From assembly GCA_937931765.1 (NCBI GenBank), contig CALHAO010000227.1:1-45234 (forward strand): 45,234 nt of DNA, written 5' to 3'. A program made the position numbers and the translations under genes. How positions within the stretch are numbered: the first letter of the stretch is position 1; each line of letters begins with the position of its first letter. This document shows, piece after piece, positions 38,844-45,234 of this stretch. The stretch is from an uncultured Thiotrichaceae bacterium. Its GTDB lineage: Bacteria; Pseudomonadota; Gammaproteobacteria; Thiotrichales; Thiotrichaceae. The notes beneath the pieces are model-generated. The model saw nothing but the letters and a program-made list of their open reading frames with translations. It made no database searches and was not told the DNA's origin.

Positions 38844-39674
38844 TCATGGCTTTTCTTGCTTGGTTTGTAGCTTTTGGCCTTTACTGATTTTTTCACCCAA
38901 AGCTGCCAATGTGGTTGTACAGCTTGGTGTCTCTCCACTTGTGGCAATAGCTTTCTCCAGTTTATCCAGTAATTCACCATTGTTTCTGTGAACAGCCAAT
39001 GTCATTAATGGAGATATTTCTGCTTTTTCTACCTTAAAAGCAGTTAAACCTTCTTTGTCTAATTTTACATCTGTTACTCTAGCCTGAAAAAATGCACGAT
39101 CTGTCAACAAAGCATCAACACGTTGGCTGAGCAAATCGACAATGCCACTCTCCAAAACCAGATAAGGTTTTAGGCGGTTATTGCTGTCGTATTCCTCCAA
39201 TAGATGCAGATGTAATAAAGAGCCTTCCAGTGCCCCCAGTGTATTGCCCCGGAAGTCTTCAGGGGTGGTTTGTGGGTTATCAGTTTCACGCTGTATAAAA
39301 ACAATTTCTGGCAGGCATAAAGGTTTAGTGAGGCTTAGCTGATCAATCTCGGGTAGAACCAAAGAATCGATAATGGCCAAACCATTGATTTGTAAGGTCT
39401 GTACTTGATGTAATAATTGATCGAAGTCAGCAGTAACAAAATTACATTCTGCATCAATTTGTTGGCATAGCCGCGTAATACTTTCAACCATGACGCCCTG
39501 AGGCTGCTGTTCCTGGTCAAAAAAACTATAGGGCATGCGATTATCCTGAATTCCGATAAAAAGCTGTGTGTCGACAGGTGTTTTTTCCAAATTTTCCTGG
39601 GCATGACCTGAAAAGCTGAGCAACAAGCACCCAGAAATCACTATTAAATAAATACAGTGTTGCAGAAAACTCAC
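38844..39674 (-). CDS. Family 3 (polar amino acid) solute-binding protein
   Basis: Signal peptide, MPYSFFD, LCQQIDAECNFV, LGALEGS, DLLSQRVDALL. Confidence 0.78.
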   Translation of the reverse strand: MSFLQHCIYLIVISGCLLLSFSGHAQENLEKTPVDTQLFIGIQDNRMPYSFFDQEQQPQGVMVESITRLCQQIDAECNFVTADFDQLLHQVQTLQINGLAIIDSLVLPEIDQLSLTKPLCLPEIVFIQRETDNPQTTPEDFRGNTLGALEGSLLHLHLLEEYDSNNRLKPYLVLESGIVDLLSQRVDALLTDRAFFQARVTDVKLDKEGLTAFKVEKAEISPLMTLAVHRNNGELLDKLEKAIATSGETPSCTTTLAALGEKISKGQKLQTKQEKP

Positions 39675-41491
39675 AGCTGGGAGTCCTTTACATAATAATG
39701 ATCCGGGGACAATAGTAAAATGGGGTTATCAGGTAGACCTTGTGCCTGCAGATTTTGCAGGTTGACGCTAATTTCCGGAAGGTTTTTTAGGCGTGTTGCA
39801 AACTCATGTACTTTAAGGTTTTCGAGTAAGTCTCTATAAACCTGCATTTCCCCCATGCCGCGTAAACTAATATCAGAGCGTTTTTCCAGGATAATGCTAA
39901 GATTTTGATCGTTATTACGGTTCTCTAATGCAATAGCAGGTATTTTAAAAAACGCCAAACTTTCATTCAATTTAGATATTATCTTAGCATCAAGGCCGTG
40001 AAAAGGATGAGTAAATAATACATCAACATTCAATGAGAGTTTGCCATAACAAGATATTATTTCCCGAATAGCTTCTTCTGGTTCTAAAATCGATAAAGGA
40101 ACTCTGCATTCAACTACTTCAATTTTTTTCTTTTTTGCCACTTCTTGCAATAAATCATAGCTGGCAATAGTTCGCCCATTTTTAGTGTTTTCGTAAATAA
40201 TACCGATACGCTTAAAGCGTAGGATTTCATGAGCCAGATCTAACGAAAGAGTTTTATGATCATCATCATGCATTTTCTTGGCAAATTCTTTACTAAAATT
40301 GGTTGCTGAACTCGGTAATTGAGCTTGAAAGCGCTCTAACGTATAGGGAATATCGATAGCTGGCATAGAGTGCCAAGTACCATTCTGCCACACTTTGAAA
40401 TAATATTTTTTACCTAACATATCACCCGCTTTGGTAAACGCATGTATTCCAGTTATGCCGACCCAAGCTGGCATAAAATGTAGGTTTGATGATAGGAGTG
40501 ATGGTAGTGTGGAGCCAGCATTTTCAATAGCTGTTGCCAGGAGCATAAGGGAGTCGTACCCCTGTGCTGCATTGTAATCAGGCAACACACTATATTTTAA
40601 GCTATAACTTTCAATAAATTTTTTTCTACGCGGATTAGAGCCTTTCACAGGGAATACATCAGGCAGAATAGTGTTTTCTGCACTACCTCCTGCAATTTTC
40701 AAGTAGTTAGCAGAGTTTAACTGATCACTACCGAGTATTGGTTGATCAACACCCATCTCACGTAATTGTCGCACCATTCTTCCGGCGGGAACTGGAGGAG
40801 CGGCAATGAATATTGCATCAAAGGTACTATTATTAAACTCTGCAATAACGGGTCGATAGTTTTGTGAGCGTGAAAAAAAAGATTTACGGTTAATGACTTC
40901 AATATTTTCACTTAACGCAGCGTCTTCAGCCATAAATGCCTGCTCCCGGCTAAAATCATCACGGGTATACAAGATGACTATCTTGCGATACTCTAATGTT
41001 CTAGCCATGCTTGCTATTTGCTCCATCATTGTAGTGTTACCGGGAATCATTCGGTAGACATATTGAAAATAATAATTTGTCAATTTTTCACTGGTAGCAA
41101 ATGGTGTCATGAAAATAAGATGGCTGCGCTCATAAATCACTGACGCAGGAATAGCAACTTCTGAACTACGATGTCCTAGTACAGCAACCATTTTTGGGTT
41201 ATTAGCAATTCTCCGGATAGTCGATTTAGTGGATTGAAAGTCAGGCCCATCCTGCTCAATATGAATTTGTAAATTACGTCCCAGTAGCTTGTTAGGACGT
41301 TGGTTAATTTCTTCAGCGGCCAATAAAACGCCTTCGAGAAAAGCACTTTTATTAAGATCCTGAAGCGCTGTAATATGAATATCACCATGATTTTGGCGGG
41401 CTTGTGCCAGCCGTTTTTCTGCCATACCCTCATAATCAGGCGCGCATCCGCTCAACAAGAATATGACCATAATGAACAGTCGCAGCAGCAT
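39671..41491 (-). CDS. LivJ/K-like branched-chain amino acid binding lipoprotein with extra C-terminal domain
   Basis: Lipobox LSGC, LAAEEIN, AVLGHRSS, ILGSD, AAQGYDS, GITG. Confidence 0.8.
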   Translation of the reverse strand: MLLRLFIMVIFLLSGCAPDYEGMAEKRLAQARQNHGDIHITALQDLNKSAFLEGVLLAAEEINQRPNKLLGRNLQIHIEQDGPDFQSTKSTIRRIANNPKMVAVLGHRSSEVAIPASVIYERSHLIFMTPFATSEKLTNYYFQYVYRMIPGNTTMMEQIASMARTLEYRKIVILYTRDDFSREQAFMAEDAALSENIEVINRKSFFSRSQNYRPVIAEFNNSTFDAIFIAAPPVPAGRMVRQLREMGVDQPILGSDQLNSANYLKIAGGSAENTILPDVFPVKGSNPRRKKFIESYSLKYSVLPDYNAAQGYDSLMLLATAIENAGSTLPSLLSSNLHFMPAWVGITGIHAFTKAGDMLGKKYYFKVWQNGTWHSMPAIDIPYTLERFQAQLPSSATNFSKEFAKKMHDDDHKTLSLDLAHEILRFKRIGIIYENTKNGRTIASYDLLQEVAKKKKIEVVECRVPLSILEPEEAIREIISCYGKLSLNVDVLFTHPFHGLDAKIISKLNESLAFFKIPAIALENRNNDQNLSIILEKRSDISLRGMGEMQVYRDLLENLKVHEFATRLKNLPEISVNLQNLQAQGLPDNPILLLSPDHYYVKDSQL

Positions 41492-42474
41492 CAGGGATCT
41501 TTCCTTGCAGGTTGGGAGAGTGGCTGTTGGGTGTTATCTCCCGCTGTGTTTGATTCACTACTACCTGCGCCATCTTCATTAACTGGCTCTTGATTAGTAG
41601 TAGGCACTACTGGCTCATGGTCGGTGTTTAAAATAATGGGTAGTCCATTCTTACCACCACCAATAATAACAATTTTTGTATTCGGTGATTTTGCCAGTTC
41701 TTGTGTCGCTTCGATGCCTTTATGAGTCAGAATTGATTCTGTCAGGGACTCGTCAACGATTTGGTGATATTCCTTGATGCCTCCTGCTTCTACTTTTAAA
41801 CGCTCTGCCTCTTTCTGAGCTGTTTGTAGACGGAATTCATATGACTTCATGAACTCTTCTTGTCGTAATTTATCTTCAATAGCTATAACAAGTTCTTTTG
41901 GCAAAGTAATACTACGGATAATTATATCTTCTACTTCTACATAATTCCGGCCAACTTCTTCCAATGCAGCCAGAATAGCACTAGTCAATAATCCAGATTC
42001 GTTCGTATATATTTGTTCAGCAGTATAGCTTCCTAGCTCTTTACGCATTACTGATTCAATTTGAGGTAAAATCACACGTGTTAAATAATCAGGGCCAATG
42101 CTTTGGTGAAGTATCCCTAACAATTCATATTCTGGGCGATAACGAATAGCTAGTGACAAATGAACACTAAGGCCTTTATTGGAAATGACATCAAATTCGT
42201 GATAAGCAACCTGTTTGCGTATTTCGTAGATATAAACCTTATCCAAAGGACTAAATATATGAAGACCTTCTTCATATATCCGGTCAATTTCAGTGCCACT
42301 AAACCGTTTAAACAGAATAGCTGCTTGTCCAGACTCAATCGTTATAACAATACGCTGCCAAAAGAATACAAATATTATGGCAGAAATTAATGATAATATG
42401 ATCAGTAAGGGCGATTTTCGGCGTAACCATTGCTTTAATCTTTCACTTAAACTGGGGCTTTCAGTTGCTTCCAC
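41491..42474 (-). CDS. SPFH/prohibitin (band 7) protein
   Basis: N-terminal TM, EEGLH, IRYRP, IGPDY, YTAEQIY, AIEDK, EAERLKVEAGG. Confidence 0.88.
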   Translation of the reverse strand: MEATESPSLSERLKQWLRRKSPLLIILSLISAIIFVFFWQRIVITIESGQAAILFKRFSGTEIDRIYEEGLHIFSPLDKVYIYEIRKQVAYHEFDVISNKGLSVHLSLAIRYRPEYELLGILHQSIGPDYLTRVILPQIESVMRKELGSYTAEQIYTNESGLLTSAILAALEEVGRNYVEVEDIIIRSITLPKELVIAIEDKLRQEEFMKSYEFRLQTAQKEAERLKVEAGGIKEYHQIVDESLTESILTHKGIEATQELAKSPNTKIVIIGGGKNGLPIILNTDHEPVVPTTNQEPVNEDGAGSSESNTAGDNTQQPLSQPARKDP

Positions 42475-42528
42475 TGTGACAACCTATCTGGATTTATCAA
42501 TGATTACCAAATACAAGGCTTTCTCCAC

Positions 42529-42561
42529 AAAAAAACCGCCTGAGCTTCGCCACAAGCGGTT
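42529..42561 (-). terminator. Probable intrinsic terminator after the small membrane protein gene
   Basis: aaccgc...gcggtt stem followed by a T run on the minus strand. Confidence 0.55.
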
Positions 42562-42585
42562 AAATTTACTGGATAACCAGGGGAT

Positions 42586-42810
42586 TCAGGCAGCAACAGC
42601 TTCTTCGACAGCCGGTGCATTTTTCTTTCTGAATATTTTGTTTGCAGTCAAATAAACTCCAACACCTAGGAGAGCGCCTCCAGCTACCGCCATGCCCATA
42701 GGATGCGCCAAAACAAAAGCTTTAGTGGCTGTGCCTACGTTAGCGAGAGAGCTGCCGACAGAAGACAAAGAACCATTTGAAGTTGCTGCAGTGACTACTT
42801 CCGTTTCCAT
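42586..42810 (-). CDS. Small Ala/Gly-rich membrane protein, copy 2
   Basis: 74 aa, AGGAG RBS, HPMGMAVAGGALLGVGVY plus basic tail. Confidence 0.8.
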   Translation of the reverse strand: METEVVTAATSNGSLSSVGSSLANVGTATKAFVLAHPMGMAVAGGALLGVGVYLTANKIFRKKNAPAVEEAVAA

Positions 42811-42906
42811 GAATTACTCCTTTTAACACTATTAATTAGTAGCTTATATTATCAGGTGATGTTGAAAATCAAGTCAAGAATATTGCGGCTGAATTGGCAT
42901 CATTAC

Positions 42907-42922
42907 TGTCAATTTTTGTCAA
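42907..42922 (+). promoter_or_regulatory. Direct-repeat box TGTCAA-tttt-TGTCAA
   Basis: In a divergent promoter; positional homolog of the 22217 box. Confidence 0.7.
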
Positions 42923-43020
42923 GACAGCTATGAAAAACCATAGATAGCAGGTAAAAATCCTAAGAAGGTGTGTTAAATTAGAATTTTAGTGATTTTTCAG
43001 TCTCTACAAGGTGGTATTAA

Positions 43021-43614
43021 ATGACAGAAGTAACAGTGGAAAAAGCAGCTTTTCGATATGCTGACCCTAGTGTCGACCTGGTATCAGTGAGTAGTGAGAT
43101 CCAAGATGTTACTGCGAATAATATTGTTAAAAATCATATTATTGCCAGCATAGCCTTAGGCTTGGTTCCCGTGCCATTATTTGATTTGGCTGCTTTAGTG
43201 ACTACACAAATGAATCTGATCGGTAGTTTAAGAGAACATTACGGTTTGCCTGCTGATGATACTGATACTAAAATGCTGGTTACCTCTTTGATCAGTGGCT
43301 CTTTACCTGTGTTGGGTGTTGTAGGGCTAAGTAGTTTTGCCAAACTGATTCCAGGCATTGGTTCATTAGTAGGTAGTGCTAGCTTAAGCATCAGTGCTGG
43401 AGCTGTCACTTATGCAGTTGGTCAAACATTCATCATGCATTTCGAAGCCGGAGGTTCCTTAGATGATTTTGAACCTAAACAAGCACAAGACTTTTTTAAA
43501 CGTGAATTCGATAAGGGGAAGCAGTTCGTTAAAAATATTCGTGATGAATTTAATCCGCCGATAATAGAAGAACAAGAACAAGAACAAGAACAGCCTACTG
43601 CAGATAAGCGCTGA
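43021..43614 (+). CDS. DUF697/YcjF-like protein
   Basis: Core nearly identical in protein to 22328..22939. Confidence 0.85.
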   Translation: MTEVTVEKAAFRYADPSVDLVSVSSEIQDVTANNIVKNHIIASIALGLVPVPLFDLAALVTTQMNLIGSLREHYGLPADDTDTKMLVTSLISGSLPVLGVVGLSSFAKLIPGIGSLVGSASLSISAGAVTYAVGQTFIMHFEAGGSLDDFEPKQAQDFFKREFDKGKQFVKNIRDEFNPPIIEEQEQEQEQPTADKR

Positions 43615-43637
43615 GTAGCATGTAAATTTTTATCATC

Positions 43638-44213
43638 ATGAATAATTACAAAACTGCTGATCAGCTCTTATCTGAAGATGCTATTTTATCGAAGCAAGCA
43701 GACATAGCTCTTTTGAAAATTAAGAAGTTAAAGCTTCGTGAAGAAAAAGCTAACGATATTATAAAAAGAAATGTTATCCAAGCCATGACAGCAGGATTGA
43801 TTCCTATTCCTGCATTAGATTTGATGACTTTGACACATGTCACTTTCAAAATGACTGATGATCTGCTTAAGTTATATAATGTTCATCATGATAAAATTGG
43901 AATATCTGTTATCAGGTCAGTAGTTATAGGTGCCCTGCCTGTTGTAACAATAACTGGGCTAGGGAGCATGGTAAAATTTATGCCAGGTATAGGCTCACTT
44001 ATAGGAAGTACTAGTGTTGCAATTAGTGCTGGGGGACTAACTTATGCTTTAGGTAAAACACTATCTGAGCACTTTTCAAAAGGTGGGTTATTGAATGAAT
44101 TCAGCATTAAAGATATCGTACCTCAATTTAAATCCGAGTTCAAAGAGGGTATAAAGTTAGCTAAATCATTAGATAAAAAAGAACTAGAAGCTCAAGAATT
44201 AATTAAATTATGA
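43638..44213 (+). CDS. DUF697/YcjF-like protein
   Basis: GLIPIPALD..KFMPGIG..TYALG..HFSKGG. Confidence 0.83.
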   Translation: MNNYKTADQLLSEDAILSKQADIALLKIKKLKLREEKANDIIKRNVIQAMTAGLIPIPALDLMTLTHVTFKMTDDLLKLYNVHHDKIGISVIRSVVIGALPVVTITGLGSMVKFMPGIGSLIGSTSVAISAGGLTYALGKTLSEHFSKGGLLNEFSIKDIVPQFKSEFKEGIKLAKSLDKKELEAQELIKL

Positions 44214-45234
44214 TTTATAAAAATATTGCTTTTATGCTTATATTTATACTTTCTCAGGAAATTTTTGCTTCAACAGAAGAAAAAGTTATTGTTTATAATT
44301 GGCCAGATTATATTCCTGAAAATGTATTAGATAATTTCACCAAAGAAACAGGCATCAAAGTCGAGTACTCAACATATAAAAATAATCATGTTATGTATAC
44401 TCGGCTTAAACTACTTAACGGGCGTGGTTATGATGTTGTAGTACCATCTACTGATCTGGTAGGGAAAATGCGCGCAGAAGGCTTAATACAACCCTTACAT
44501 TATGAGTGGTTGGAAAATATACAAAAACTTGACCCTTTGTTGATGAATAAAAGTTACGACCCCGAAAATAAATTTAGCCTTCCCTATCTCTGGGGCTCAA
44601 CAGGAATTGTTGTTGATACCGAAAAATTTGATAGTGAAAAAATAACAAGTTGGGCTGACTTATGGCAAAGGCAATTGCCAGATGAGCTAGTTATAATAGA
44701 TGATTTCAGGGAAGTTTTTCATGCAGCATTGAAGTTGAATAAATATTCCAACAATACTACTGATTCTGATGAGATAAGGCAATCGTATACAGACTTAAAA
44801 AAAATAATGCCAAGAATCAAAGGAATTACCAGCGACCCACTTGAGGGCCTTGAATCTGGTGAGATTCAACTTGGAATTACTTGGAATGGTGATGTAGCAA
44901 TTGCACAAAAAAACAGACCTTCATTGAAATATATTTATCCTGAAGAAGGGGCTAGTTTTTGGATTGATAGTTTTGTGATTCCCTCCCGCTCCAGTAATGT
45001 CAAAAATGCTCATAAATTTATTGACTATATGCTTAGGCCGGATGTTGCAGCACTTTGTGTAGAAGAGTTGGGTTATGCAACTCCTGTGCTTGAAGCAAAA
45101 AAGATGCTGAGTCAGGAAATTGTTAATAACCCAATAATTTTTCCACCAGAAGAAATAATGGAGAAAGCAGAATTCCAGGTTAATCTGGATTTTGAAACAT
45201 TAAAACTTTATAGAATATTGTGGGATAAACTGAA
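44210..45234 (+). CDS. potD: Polyamine ABC solute-binding protein, PotD/PotF family (runs off window; absent from ORF track)
   Basis: ATGA overlap with the DUF697 stop; MIYKNIAFMLIFILSQEIFA..YNWPDYIP..FTKETGIKVEYSTY..YDVVVPS..PYLWGSTG..DDFRE..WNGD..FWIDS. Confidence 0.85.
   Translation, partial: MIYKNIAFMLIFILSQEIFASTEEKVIVYNWPDYIPENVLDNFTKETGIKVEYSTYKNNHVMYTRLKLLNGRGYDVVVPSTDLVGKMRAEGLIQPLHYEWLENIQKLDPLLMNKSYDPENKFSLPYLWGSTGIVVDTEKFDSEKITSWADLWQRQLPDELVIIDDFREVFHAALKLNKYSNNTTDSDEIRQSYTDLKKIMPRIKGITSDPLEGLESGEIQLGITWNGDVAIAQKNRPSLKYIYPEEGASFWIDSFVIPSRSSNVKNAHKFIDYMLRPDVAALCVEELGYATPVLEAKKMLSQEIVNNPIIFPPEEIMEKAEFQVNLDFETLKLYRILWDKL

Noticed and set aside
43567-43592. gaacaa microsatellite encoding EQEQEQEQ
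   Set aside because: Short in-frame low-complexity tail with no evidence of function.
21886-44213. Canonical ferrosome or magnetosome cluster
   Set aside because: No D(Y/F)SCA or HNxxT in the ATPases and no recognisable mamABEKMQ or feo genes; the resemblance is architectural only.
1-45234. rRNA, tRNA or known riboswitches, including guanidine riboswitches near the amidinotransferase operon
   Set aside because: None recognised by eye; an Infernal/Rfam scan would be needed to exclude them.

Overview
Mosaic bacterial window, probably gammaproteobacterial (low-confidence inference), in three parts. (1) 1-3.2 kb: 3' end of glgX, HNH and IS200 remnants, a decayed sulfotransferase and a methyltransferase-like gene. 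(2) About 3.3-20.3 kb, GC-richer by eye: a tightly packed minus-strand run of FMO, amidinotransferase, P450, PRMT-like methyltransferase, atypical P1B-ATPase, amidohydrolase, NTF2, SDR, TauE, larC, larE and larB. A 2OG-Fe(II) oxygenase is transcribed divergently. This looks like an NRPS-free modified-guanidine pathway joined to nickel-pincer cofactor genes, with no larA in the window. (3) About 21.9-45 kb, mostly AT-rich: seven DUF697/YcjF-like domains (one fused to a TAXI protein, two disrupted), three small Gly-rich membrane proteins, a second P1B-ATPase without metal ligands and a truncated ATPase-like protein. It also holds SPFH, an Amt with a coiled coil, orphan solute-binding proteins, a PPTase, a SyrD/PvdE-type exporter and an OmpR-family regulator lacking its phospho-Asp. 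A 10-bp-period direct repeat, TGTYAA-N4-TGTYAA, recurs in nine upstream regions across all three parts, suggesting one regulon. The best candidate for an undescribed system is this DUF697 / ligand-less P1B-ATPase / small-membrane-protein locus, which resembles ferrosome clusters in layout but lacks their motifs. All family calls come from motif recognition by eye, not from searches.
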